Assembly (NCBI GenBank): GCA_028688055.1
Contig: JAQTYZ010000001.1
Span: forward strand, 39,866-103,865
Length of the DNA stretch: 64,000 bases
Reading direction: 5' to 3'
Source of the DNA: Patescibacteria group bacterium
GTDB lineage: Bacteria; Patescibacteriota; Patescibacteriia; Buchananbacterales; UBA6539
In this document: one piece after another, positions 37,168 through 47,100 of the stretch
Layout of the letters: each line of letters opens with the position of its first letter
Position numbering within the stretch: the first letter of the stretch is position 1
Notes under the pieces: model-generated
What the model was told of the DNA's origin: nothing
Databases searched by the model: none
What the model saw: the letters and a program-made list of their open reading frames with translations, nothing else
Position numbers and translations under genes: made by a program

Positions 37168-37650
37168 ATGAAAAAAAATCAGGGCTTAACTTTAATTGAA
37201 TTGTTAGTGGTGATTTTAATTATTGCGATGTTGGCAACGTTTGGTGTGGTATCGTATAAAGAAGCGCGTGCTAAGGGACGTGATACCAAACGGGTTTATG
37301 ATGCGGCCCAATATGTCAAAGCCATGGTTTTATATGCTCAGGAAAACAGCGGCAGCTATCCGACCGCTAGCGGATTTTTAGGCCGTGGTGGCGCGATTGA
37401 TTCAGAAATTGCTAAATATTTGCCAACACCCCCTAAGGACCCTTCTGATACAGGCGGCGTAACGGTTGGTAGCTCATACTATTATTATTTAGCCAGCAAT
37501 AACTGTGAGGGCGATAATTTGCCAACAATTCACGTACAAAATATTGAGACATCAAATGCTAGCTATCATCAGAACCCTTGCACACTTGGAGCTAGTGGAA
37601 GTGAAAATGGCTTTGCCAGTCAAGCCGATTATTTGTTGATTGTTCGTTAA
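37168..37650 (+). CDS. Type IV pilin / pseudopilin (class III signal peptide)
   Basis: MKKNQG|LTLIELLVVILIIAMLA shows the prepilin cleavage site G^L, Glu at +5 and a hydrophobic alpha1 helix. Confidence 0.7.
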   Translation: MKKNQGLTLIELLVVILIIAMLATFGVVSYKEARAKGRDTKRVYDAAQYVKAMVLYAQENSGSYPTASGFLGRGGAIDSEIAKYLPTPPKDPSDTGGVTVGSSYYYYLASNNCEGDNLPTIHVQNIETSNASYHQNPCTLGASGSENGFASQADYLLIVR

Positions 37651-38356
37651 TTCTATGCCCCGTGTCGATTTAGATCAGCGTCTATTAGACCGGGATTATT
37701 TGGCAGAACGTATTTTGCAGGTGAAAAAGAAACGGAAAAAAGGTAGCTGGAAATTTAAATTTTGCTGTTTGCCAATTGTTATATTTTTTTTGTCAGCCTT
37801 GATTTTTGGTGTGGTGGTTGTTGCCAAAATTGGTGTTTGGCAGATTCCGATTGCCTCGAAAATTTTTTATACTTTACCGACGCCAAGCCGAATTGTCGTG
37901 GTTAATAATCCGGCCAGCGTCGCCGCGAGTCAATTGAATGTCAGACCGGATGAATCAAACGGAGCGGCGACGCTGAGTATTTCCGAACAGCAGCTGACTT
38001 TTTTAATCAGGCAATCACTGACGGGCAAATCCAGCTCGGTCTTTGCGCCAAGCTTGCAAGCTGTTATTAATCCTGATAATATTGAATTTTTCGGCCTGAT
38101 GGTTAAACCCGCCGCGCTAAATGTTAAGCTAAAAATCTTGCCGTTCGTCGAAAATAATAAATTTAAGTTTCGTATTGTTGAGGCGACCATTGGCAACCTG
38201 TCGTTGCCGGCGGTTTTGGCCCGTTGGTTTATTGATAAGTATTTGCCTTTGCCGTTAGCTAGTATCAGCAATATGTATCCGCAGTTGCCGTTGCGCGACA
38301 TTAAATTGGAACACGGCCAGCTGAATTTTATCTTTTCCTTAAACAATTCACAGTAA
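37640..38356 (+). CDS. Hypothetical membrane-anchored protein
   Basis: A basic N-terminus and one TM helix are followed by a beta-rich domain. It is downstream of the pilin gene. Confidence 0.35.
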   Translation: MFVNSMPRVDLDQRLLDRDYLAERILQVKKKRKKGSWKFKFCCLPIVIFFLSALIFGVVVVAKIGVWQIPIASKIFYTLPTPSRIVVVNNPASVAASQLNVRPDESNGAATLSISEQQLTFLIRQSLTGKSSSVFAPSLQAVINPDNIEFFGLMVKPAALNVKLKILPFVENNKFKFRIVEATIGNLSLPAVLARWFIDKYLPLPLASISNMYPQLPLRDIKLEHGQLNFIFSLNNSQ

Positions 38357-38369
38357 GCTTAGAATAAAA

Positions 38370-39140
38370 ATGCTACAAAAAATTATCAATCGTTTAATCC
38401 CAATGGCTGTACCGGTGTCAATCTTTTTTTTGGTTGAGGAAGTTTATCGCAATCCAAAATGGCTGTATTCAATTGCCGCCATTATTTTAGTCGTCGTTTT
38501 TGTCGGGGTTTGGCAGCTAACTGGCCGCCACCTCATCAGTCAAAAATTTTGGCGTTTTGTCATTACGCCGGTGCTCTTTTCGGCCGGCGCAATCCTTTAT
38601 CTAATTTTTTTAAAAAGCGAATTGTTGAAGCAGCTTTTTTTATTAGGTTTTGTCATTATGAGTTGGATATCGCTGGAAGTGATTTTTTTGCGTTTTAATT
38701 TCAGGCCCAAGTACCAGGTCCATTCGCTGGAAAATATTTTTACTCATCTGGATATTATTACCATTTTTTTAATCACGAGCGGTTTGTATAGCTTCATTGC
38801 TTTTTTGGGTTTTGATTTATGGACCATGTTGGCGATTTTGACAGCGGTGGTTTTGGCCCTTTCTTATCAATTGATTTGGACTAGCGATGCGACCATTGTT
38901 TCCGGGGCCCCATATTCATTAGTTATCACTTTAACGGTGGCTGAAACATTTTTGGCGGTAAGCTATTTACCCACTAGTGTCTATGTCGGCGGAATGATGG
39001 TATCCTTAAGTTATTATTGTATTGGCGGCTTGTCGCGCAATTGGTTATTGGGTAATCGCGAAGCCAAAGTCGTTCGGCGTTATTTGGTGACCGGTGCCAT
39101 TCTCGCCGTTTTAGTTTTAGCCACCGCTAAATGGTTTTAA
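38370..39140 (+). CDS. Hypothetical polytopic membrane protein
   Basis: About eight predicted TM helices. Confidence 0.35.
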   Translation: MLQKIINRLIPMAVPVSIFFLVEEVYRNPKWLYSIAAIILVVVFVGVWQLTGRHLISQKFWRFVITPVLFSAGAILYLIFLKSELLKQLFLLGFVIMSWISLEVIFLRFNFRPKYQVHSLENIFTHLDIITIFLITSGLYSFIAFLGFDLWTMLAILTAVVLALSYQLIWTSDATIVSGAPYSLVITLTVAETFLAVSYLPTSVYVGGMMVSLSYYCIGGLSRNWLLGNREAKVVRRYLVTGAILAVLVLATAKWF

Positions 39141-39141
39141 G

Positions 39142-40302
39142 ATGAAATTTTTAAACAACAAAAAAGGTGATCGGATTTCCGACGTGATAATTCTGGCGTT
39201 GATTTTTGGCTTTGCCGCCGGGGTAGTTGGTGAGATCGTCGCTGATGTTTACATTAACCCGTGGCAAACCGATTTTGCTTTCAACGATGTTAATCAGGTC
39301 GTGCCGGTAAATAACATCCCCGAATTGCGTCGCGTGAAGACATTTTTGGGTATTGAACAAGATTTTCAAGTCAATAGTGCTGTTACTAAGGCCGCGCCCG
39401 CGCTGGCCGGTATTTATCAAAAAAAATCTCTGGCCCCAAGTCCGGTGAATCAAATTTACCTGCCTAAAGATTTATTAGCCTCTTCTTTTATTTTAACTTC
39501 TGACGGCTGGCTGGTTAGCGTCGGCCAAGGTTTAGCTGATTATAAAAGTGATCAGTTGATTGTATCTTTCAATAACATCGTTTATCCAGTTATCAAAAAA
39601 ATAACCGACCCGGTAACAGGAGTAGCCTTCATCAAAATTAATGATAATAATTTACCAGTCGTACTGCTCGGTGACTCTGATGCACTGACACTAGGGCAGG
39701 TTGTCGTGGTGCTTAATTCGCTCAATCAAGTTTCCGTCAGCACCATTAAAGATGCTAATTATTCAAATGTGTTGACTCAGCAAGACTTGGTTCAGTCTTC
39801 AGATGCTTATGCTAAGTCAATTTTGCTTTCCGACGCTATTGCAAAATCAAACATTGGTAGTCCGGTTTTGAATTTAGGGGGCGAAGTAATTGGCCTAATC
39901 AAACCGATTGATAATGATAAAACTTTGACAGAAGTTTTACCCTTGAACAGCTTCAAAAATATTTTGATTAATATCCTCCGCACCGGTTTAGCCAAGCGTC
40001 CGACGCTTGGTGTAAAATATCTTGACTTATCACAGGCAGTTGGCCTTGATCCGGCCGCTTCTAATGGTTTAACTAAAGGGGCGTTGCTTACTGAAAAACC
40101 AGCCAAAAATTCAGCTGCTGCGGCCGCTGGTTTATTGGTTAATGATATTATAACGGCGGTTAATGGCAATCCCGTCGATGAGTCAAATAGCTTGAGTGAT
40201 TTAATTCTAAGTTATAAGCCAGCCGATAAATTGGAGCTAGATCTTATTCGAAATGGTTCGCCAATTCAGGTGGCAGTTACGTTGTTAGAAAATTCAAAGT
40301 AA
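39142..40302 (+). CDS. HtrA/DegP-like trypsin-fold protein with a C-terminal PDZ domain and all three catalytic residues replaced (predicted pseudoprotease)
   Basis: GDSDALTLGQVVVV aligns with DegP ADSDALRVGDYTVA. SDAIAKSNIGSPVLNLGGEVIGLI aligns with [25 protein letters not shown]. In these alignments His aligns to Gln, Asp aligns to Gly (DPVTGVAFIKI against DPRSDIALIQI) and Ser aligns to Ile. There is an N-terminal TM anchor. Confidence 0.6.
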   Translation: MKFLNNKKGDRISDVIILALIFGFAAGVVGEIVADVYINPWQTDFAFNDVNQVVPVNNIPELRRVKTFLGIEQDFQVNSAVTKAAPALAGIYQKKSLAPSPVNQIYLPKDLLASSFILTSDGWLVSVGQGLADYKSDQLIVSFNNIVYPVIKKITDPVTGVAFIKINDNNLPVVLLGDSDALTLGQVVVVLNSLNQVSVSTIKDANYSNVLTQQDLVQSSDAYAKSILLSDAIAKSNIGSPVLNLGGEVIGLIKPIDNDKTLTEVLPLNSFKNILINILRTGLAKRPTLGVKYLDLSQAVGLDPAASNGLTKGALLTEKPAKNSAAAAAGLLVNDIITAVNGNPVDESNSLSDLILSYKPADKLELDLIRNGSPIQVAVTLLENSK

Positions 40303-40375
40303 AAAAAGAAACGCAGGAGTTTTCCCTAACTAGGATAGCCCATGCGTTTTTGTTTTTCTTCAGTCCTCGGCGGTT

Positions 40376-41872
40376 TTACGCCGGAACCTCAATGAAGTCT
40401 GCTTCGGCTGGACCAGTACTGACCCGATCAATCACAATCGGTTCGGTGGCGCCGATGTTGAGTACGCCTTCGACCAGTTTTATGTAGTCTTTGGCCGCCT
40501 TCGGCAATTTCTGCCAGTCAGTCAGGCCGCGAATATCTTCAGTCCAGCCACTACAGGTCAAATAGCTGACGCCGACTTGCCCAATTAGTGTTGAGTCATC
40601 CGTCATGAAAAAGATTTCCCTGCCATTAAGCGTCCAACAACGGCCAACTTTGAGTTCGGGTTCTCCCGAAAGGGCATCGAGCTTAGCCAGCGTGACTTTG
40701 GTCACGCCATTAAGGCGGCAACCGGTTCTGGCAATGACACTGTCAAACCAGCCGATGTTGCGCACCCGTCCGGTGGTTGCGCCTTGCTCGTCGTCGACTC
40801 TTCGTTTGGTTGGATCAGTCGATCCTTGAAGTCGACGTGATAAGTCGTTTTCGAACTGCGTCGGAAATCCACCGGAGCCGACTTTGGACATAAATGCCTT
40901 GGCAACGCCACGGACTTCTCGAACCATCGTCGGTCCGATGCCAATGCCGACGCAAACGCCGCCGGCGGTGGTGTGAGACGAAGTCACATTTGGGTAACTT
41001 CCGAAGTCAATGTCGAGAGCCGAACCTTGGGCACCTTCGAAGAGAATTGCCCCGCCGGACTGTAATGTCCGGTGTGCCAATTCGCAGACGTCGCCAATGA
41101 TGCCTAGTGCGACGATTTGTTGTCGGAGGCTTTCATAGTATTCGACGAGAGCATCGGGCAGAAACTTGACGTAGTCAAGCGGGTGACAGAATCGACTGTA
41201 GTCAAATTCCGTCGCTTTGACGCGACCGCCCTCAATGAGTTTGGCGTTGGCGCGACGATCCTTTTCTTCCAGCTTGCGGAAGATTGCTTTCCAATCGGCA
41301 ACGGCAATGCCGCTCGCGGCAAACAGTCGCGTTTTTTCCTCAAGTTGGCGCCGAAGATGGGCCTCGAATCTTTGCGCGTCAAGCAGTTCGTGCGCATGAA
41401 TTGCCGTCCGGCTAGCCTTGTCGGCGTAAGTCGGGCCAATCCCTTGAGCGGTGGTGCCAACTTGACTGCCGCTCTTAGCCTTGAGCCACTCTTCCACCAT
41501 ATCCTGAATTCGGTGATAAATCATCGTCAGGCAACAACGGCCGTCGAGCATTAGTCGCGGTATCGGGTCAATGCCAAAACTTCGCACCGATTCGATTTCA
41601 TGAAGCAGGGCCGAAGGACTAATAATTGCTCCGGCACCAACAGCGGACAGGACTTCGCCAACCGAAATGGCTGACGGCAGAGCATGAAGCACGAGCGGCT
41701 CAACCTGGCCAGTCAAGAGGTTTAGCGTCATGGTCGTGTGACCCGCATTGTTGCCGCCTTGACCTCGGACCACAAGCTGATACAATCCTGATCTGGCACG
41801 TCGATAAGACTCCGTGCCCTTGCTTTCGTCACCGTACTGAATGCCGGTGAGCACGTCTACTAATCTTGACAC
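40376..41872 (-). CDS. purA: Adenylosuccinate synthetase
   Basis: QYGDESKG, NNAGHT, GTTAQGIGPTYADK, NVTSSHTTAGG and GATTGR are present. It uses a GTG start with the SD AGGAG 8 nt upstream. GC is about 58%. Confidence 0.85.
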   Translation of the reverse strand: MSRLVDVLTGIQYGDESKGTESYRRARSGLYQLVVRGQGGNNAGHTTMTLNLLTGQVEPLVLHALPSAISVGEVLSAVGAGAIISPSALLHEIESVRSFGIDPIPRLMLDGRCCLTMIYHRIQDMVEEWLKAKSGSQVGTTAQGIGPTYADKASRTAIHAHELLDAQRFEAHLRRQLEEKTRLFAASGIAVADWKAIFRKLEEKDRRANAKLIEGGRVKATEFDYSRFCHPLDYVKFLPDALVEYYESLRQQIVALGIIGDVCELAHRTLQSGGAILFEGAQGSALDIDFGSYPNVTSSHTTAGGVCVGIGIGPTMVREVRGVAKAFMSKVGSGGFPTQFENDLSRRLQGSTDPTKRRVDDEQGATTGRVRNIGWFDSVIARTGCRLNGVTKVTLAKLDALSGEPELKVGRCWTLNGREIFFMTDDSTLIGQVGVSYLTCSGWTEDIRGLTDWQKLPKAAKDYIKLVEGVLNIGATEPIVIDRVSTGPAEADFIEVPA

Positions 41873-41986
41873 GATATTTTCTCCTCTGGTTCGGGGGAAT
41901 ACTGATAACTAAATAAAAGGAACGCCTGGTCCCTCCGGCCTAAATAATAAATGACACCGTCGGTGGTGTCAATTATTATTTGTATT

Positions 41987-42265
41987 TTATTTGGTGTCTT
42001 CTAAAATTTTTGGGTTAGGGGAGTAGAGTCGATTTTTGATTTTCCACTTATCCACATACTGCCCAATGCCACTTTTATTAAGTTTATTCTTGGTTGTTGT
42101 TTTGCCCTGTGACCATTCTAATAGGCTGGAAAAGTTTATTTTATATCGACTTTGAACAACGATATATTTTAATTGTTCGGCTTTAATCGCTCGTCGTATC
42201 GTTTTAGTTTCGACGCCAAATAGTCTGGCTGCTTCGGAAACCGATACCCTGATAACATTTCCCAT
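41987..42265 (-). CDS. Small HTH_17 / excisionase-family DNA-binding protein
   Basis: VSVSEAARLFGVETKTIRRAIKAEQLKYIVVQSRYKINFSSLLEW matches the MerR-like Xis/HTH_17 fold. It is followed on its own strand by a hairpin gacacc/ggtgtc plus a T-rich tract. Confidence 0.55.
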   Translation of the reverse strand: MGNVIRVSVSEAARLFGVETKTIRRAIKAEQLKYIVVQSRYKINFSSLLEWSQGKTTTKNKLNKSGIGQYVDKWKIKNRLYSPNPKILEDTK

Positions 42266-42286
42266 ATGTCATTTATTATTAATTAT

Positions 42287-42308
42287 TTGTCTACAATATA
42301 CTAGACAA
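42287..42308 (+). promoter_or_regulatory. Inverted repeat upstream of the HTH_17 gene (candidate operator)
   Basis: The dyad ttgtcta-caatatac-tagacaa is 7 bp. It lies about 20-40 nt upstream of the minus-strand ATG at 42265. Confidence 0.35.
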
Positions 42309-42402
42309 AATACTATATCTATGATAGATTATCTAACTAAGACCGTCAATACAGATGTACTTAATCGGCAGAAAATTAGCTTTAAAATTAGAATTTTTAA
42401 GT

Positions 42403-42431
42403 TTGACTTAGAGTCAATAAATAGTTATAGT
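42403..42431 (+). promoter_or_regulatory. Promoter of the second ECF sigma gene, with a palindrome over the -35
   Basis: The -35 TTGACT, a 17-nt spacer and the -10 TATAGT are present. The -35 is part of the inverted repeat ttgact-tag-agtcaa. Confidence 0.45.
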
Positions 42432-42476
42432 TCCATTTATTACTGTAACGCTTATTTAGCTATTGCGTCTTAATTA

Positions 42477-43040
42477 ATGAAAGCTTCAAAACTGCAGGAC
42501 AAACTATTATTGTTGAGGTTAAAACGGAAAGATCCGGATGCTTTTGCTAAGGTTTATGACACCTATTCGACACCGATTTATCGATTTATTTATTTTAAGG
42601 TATCGAACCAGCAAGATGCCGAAGATTTAACCTCAGAAGTTTTTTTGAAAATTTGGCAATATGTCACCGAGACCGAAGAAGAAGTTGATAATTTGCGGGC
42701 TTTGATCTATCGCTCGGCCCGAAATTTAGTTATTGATTTCTATCGTCGTCGCGCCGCTAAAAGTTTGACGTCCGACATTGATGATATGGAAAATATCGTT
42801 GACGCGAGGCAACAAAGTTTGCTAGTTGGAATTGATACGACGCTGGCGATGACTAATGTTGAAAAAGTTTTGCGTCAACTCAAAGATGAATATCGTGAAG
42901 TAATCATTTTAAAATATCTTGAAGAAATGTCGATTGGTGAAATTGCCAATGTCTTAGGCAAGACCAAGGGCTCGGTCAGAGTATTATTGCACCGAGCGCT
43001 CAAGCTGGTTAAAGAACTATTGAATCAGAATGTCGAATAA
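42477..43040 (+). CDS. ECF-type RNA polymerase sigma factor
   Basis: Region 2 is EVFLKIWQYV...ALIYRSARNLVIDFYRRR. Region 4 is YREVIILKYLEEMSIGEIANVLGKTKGSVRVLLHRALKL. Confidence 0.8.
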   Translation: MKASKLQDKLLLLRLKRKDPDAFAKVYDTYSTPIYRFIYFKVSNQQDAEDLTSEVFLKIWQYVTETEEEVDNLRALIYRSARNLVIDFYRRRAAKSLTSDIDDMENIVDARQQSLLVGIDTTLAMTNVEKVLRQLKDEYREVIILKYLEEMSIGEIANVLGKTKGSVRVLLHRALKLVKELLNQNVE

Positions 43041-43899
43041 CGTCATCAACGAAATAAAAAAATTAAAGTCTGAAATTAAACCCCGACTGGAGTGGCAAAC
43101 TTTGAGCCGGGATGTTTTGTTATCTCAAATTAAAGAAACCGCCGCGCCGGAAAAAGTTTCGCTGGGCGTTTCGGGCTTCTGGTCAATTCTCAATCAAACT
43201 TTCCGCCAGGGCCTATTTGAACCGGTCGTCGTGATGTTTTTAATTTTAGGATCATTTTTAATGAGCAGCTTAACGATTAATGCCGCTTTTTATAGTTTGC
43301 CTGGTGATAATCTTTACCGGGTTAAGTTAGCTTTGGAAAAAACCCACGCGGCGTTTGTAACTGGTGACGAGCAGAAGTTGGAATTAAAAATCGAATATGC
43401 CGCCAAGCGGGTCGCGGAAATTGATAAATTGGTCGCGCAAACTAATGTTGATTCGGCCACCAAAAAACGAAATATTGAAGCAGCGGTCAATGAATTTAAA
43501 AATAATGTTACCGATGTTAACAGTCATTTGGCCAGATTAAATCAGTCAATCAAACAGTCAGACTCAGTTGAAAAAAACCACACCGTCAAAATGGCGCTAT
43601 TGGCCAGTACCAAAACTGAAGAATTAGTTAAAACCATTGATGAAAAAGTAAACCAGTTGACGGTGGATGAACAGCAAGATGTTTCTTCAGTAATTGCTGC
43701 GGCCGCTAAATCAGCCCAGGAAACCAGTATTTCCGTTCAGCAATTAGTCCAAGACGCTAATCAAAGTGGTGGCCCAGTCGAAGGGGTAGCCACTAGTACC
43801 GAATCAACAGTCAATGCTTCGACCACTGTCCCGGTTGGTAAAAGCGGTAATTCAGATTCCGGCCGTTTAGATATTGGAACGGACGTAACGGCAAATTAA
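43030..43899 (+). CDS. Putative anti-sigma factor (single-pass membrane protein with an extracytoplasmic coiled-coil domain)
   Basis: It overlaps the sigma gene by 11 nt. One TM helix (VVVMFLILGSFLMSSL) is followed by a long helical domain and a C-terminus rich in Ser, Thr and Gly. The assignment rests on genomic context. Confidence 0.45.
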   Translation: MSNNVINEIKKLKSEIKPRLEWQTLSRDVLLSQIKETAAPEKVSLGVSGFWSILNQTFRQGLFEPVVVMFLILGSFLMSSLTINAAFYSLPGDNLYRVKLALEKTHAAFVTGDEQKLELKIEYAAKRVAEIDKLVAQTNVDSATKKRNIEAAVNEFKNNVTDVNSHLARLNQSIKQSDSVEKNHTVKMALLASTKTEELVKTIDEKVNQLTVDEQQDVSSVIAAAAKSAQETSISVQQLVQDANQSGGPVEGVATSTESTVNASTTVPVGKSGNSDSGRLDIGTDVTAN

Positions 43900-43910
43900 T
43901 TTGTTATAAT
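43882..43910 (+). promoter_or_regulatory. Candidate extended -10 promoter for the large surface-protein gene
   Basis: TGtTATAAT ends at about 43910. This gives a ~245-nt leader ending in the SD AAAGGAAAA before the ATG at 44158. Confidence 0.4.
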
Positions 43911-44157
43911 TCCCCGGCGTCGCAAGACGTTGGGTAGTTATATTAAAACTCATTGAAGCTCTTTGGAGTAATTAGGTTTTAAGCCCCCTTAACTTTATTA
44001 GGCAAAGGTCGACTGTTAAAACAGTGCCTTGATAAACTAGGGAGTCAGGGTTTAAAAGTCATATTGACCATCAAGATGTTGTTAAGTTCGCCTAGGCGTA
44101 ACAATATTGATGTCTAACCAAATTGATTTAATGGGATTAAGAAAGGAAAATTAAAAA

Positions 44158-47100
44158 ATGCTTAAAAAATTACTAACCTACAGCGTAGTTCTTACTACCA
44201 TGGTTTGGTCCGTTGGTTTGATGGCCATGCCGGTGAGTGTTGGTGCTGCTGTTTCAGGCGATTTAGTTAAGCGAGCTAGCAGTTCCGCGGTTTACTACCT
44301 CGGTGCTGACAGCAAGCTTCACGTCTTTTTCAGTGCTGCTGACTATTACACCTGGTACTCGGATTTTTCTGGTGTTAAAACCATTTCGGAAACCGAGTTC
44401 TCATCATACGGCTTACCAGGGGAAAACGTTTTCCCAAGACCGGGCGTTAAGCTCGTTCAGGCCGTTGAAGGTCAGCCATGGCACACTTATAATGCCAATG
44501 TTTATGCTCTATCAGGAGATGGCATAACCCGAAAGATTGCTAGCGCTGCTGTTGCGGCTGCTATTTTTGGTGCCAATTGGGAAACTCAAATTATCCCAGT
44601 TGACATTACCATCTTTAGCCAGTTTGCTACCGGTGCTGATATCAATTCGGCTTCTGATTACGACAAAGCTTCCGAAATGAACAATGCTAGCTCAATCAAT
44701 GATGTCAAAAATCTAGGTAATGGCAATGTATCAACCGGTACTAGCCTAACCGTTTCTTTGGCTTCAGACACCCCAGCTAGTGGTATCGTTGTTGGAAATA
44801 CCATCAACAACAAATTCACCAAAGTTAATCTTACCGCTTCCGCTGACGGTGACATTGTCATCGACTCGCTAGTTGTAAGACGCGGTGGAACAGTTGCTTC
44901 CGACGGTGCTTTCAGCACCTTGGAAATCTTAGATGGTGCAACCATGATGAGAATTGGTGACACAAAAACCATCAATTCAACTCACATGGCAACCTTCAAT
45001 GAAGACATTAAGATTCCTGCCGGTACCACCAAGTCAATTTACTTGGCTGGTAACATGGGCAGTCTAGCCACTAAGGCTGGTGAAATTCCATCATTGGATC
45101 TATATTCAGTTACTTTAACTGGTAATGCTGCTGTTATCGGCAGTTTGCCAATTGTTGGTAACTACCAGAACCTAAATGGAACCATCACTGTCGGTGCTTT
45201 GACCGTTGCTAACGGAACCAACAATCCATCAGCTTCAACCCAGAAGATTGGTACTACCAAGTACATTGTCTCTGGTATTAAGTTGACTGCTAACTCAGTT
45301 GAAGACTTCAAAGTTTCCAGCTTAACCTTCAATGAAGGTGGAACGGCTGGCGATGCTGATGTTGCTAACTTACAGTTGTTAGCCGATGATGTTGTTGTTG
45401 CGACTGTTGCTAACCCAACCAGTAAGAATGTCGTTTTCAACCTATCGGCTAGCCCGGTCTTGGTTGCTAAAGGCAAGTCAGTTCAGTTTGATGTTCGTTT
45501 AGACATTGCTGACGGTTCAGCTCGAACCATCCGCTTTGATGTTAAGGACGAATCAGACGTCGTCGCTAAGGGCCAGTTATATGGTTCAGAAGTTAAGGCT
45601 TCTGCCGGAACCGGCGCGACCGCTGACGCTGATCCATTCTGGACAGCTCCAATTACCACTGTCTCAACCGGCACCCTAAGAATTGGCCCGGCCACTTTGT
45701 CCGCCGCCAATGTTCCGAATTCATCAACTCAAGTTGTCTTGGGTAAGTTTGAATTCGAAGCTAAGGGTGAGCCTTCAGTAATTACTTCCTTGCCAATCGC
45801 TTTCACCGTTACTACTTCATCAGGTAATTTATCAACCGACTCAACAGTCGACTTGACCAATGTTACCTTGTATGACGAAAACGGTTTGATTGTTGCTGGT
45901 CCGATTGACCCAGTAAGTAAGGGAACCCCTGGCAATAATGCCAAGGAATTGTTAGTTGCTACTTCAACTGACACCTTAACTGTCCCAGTTGGTGTTCACA
46001 CCTACACTGTTAAGGGTGACTTGGATTCAGACTTCGGTTCAAACGATACTATCGTTGCCCGAATCAACCCAGGTCAGGTCACTGATAAAGGCGATACTAC
46101 CGCTGTAACTATTTCAGCTACCCCAACAACCGATCAGAGTTCAGCCACCATGACGGTGCAGTCAGCTCAGTTGTCGGTTTCAGTTCTTAACACCCCAGTT
46201 GCTTCACAAATTGTTGCTGGAACTAAGAATTTGGAATTCGCCAACATCAGCTTAGGTACTCAGTCATCTGGTGAAGACATTAAGGTAACAACCATTAAGG
46301 TTGCTATCCACACCACCGGTGCTGCTTACCCAGCTCAGGTTTCGAACTGGTCAATATATGACGGCGCAACTAAGTTGGCTGTCACTTCAGACCCAGATTC
46401 AAACTTGTCATCGACTGCTGCCGCCGCTTCAACTTCAACATTCACCTTGTCAACTCCATTGGTCTTAACCAAGGGAACCAGCAAGACCTTGACTGTTAAA
46501 GGTGACGTTGCCGCTTCAGCCACTTCCGGCTCCATTAAGGCTGGTATGGCTGATTCAGTTGGTGCTGATAACATTTCAGCTAAGGGCAATGGCTCCGGCA
46601 CTGACGCTTCAATTACAATGAGCGTTAGCGACGGTCAGGCTATGACCCTAAATAGCGTTGGAACTCTAACCTTAACGTTAGACACAAGCTCGCCAAAGAC
46701 TGGCTTAATGCCAGGTGCTCCATCAAGCGGCTTAACCTTCGCTGTCTGGAATGCTTCTGCTCAGTATGAAGCAGTTAACATTGAGAAAATCTACTTGACC
46801 GCAACTGCCGCTAATTCCGGTGGTTGGGATCAAATTGCCAAGGTTTACATTTATGATGGCAGTACTATGTTGGCTTCAGTCGCTCCGACTTCTTCGGACG
46901 GCACTGCTAAAACTGTCTTAATTGATGTAACCAACAGTCCGATCCAGATTCCTAAGGACTCCAGCAAGAAGTTGACCATTAAGGTTGACACCACTGCTGC
47001 CGATGCCCAAAATGGATCAACCGGAACTTCCGGACAAGGATTGGCGATGACCATTACCGCCGCTGGTGATGTTACTGCCAAGGGTGCCCAGTCGGGTACA

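Noticed and set aside
40605-41850. Multiple ORFs overlapping purA on both strands (for example 41104..41460, 41117..41554)
   Set aside because: They are shadow ORFs in a 58% GC gene. purA itself has full-length conserved motifs.
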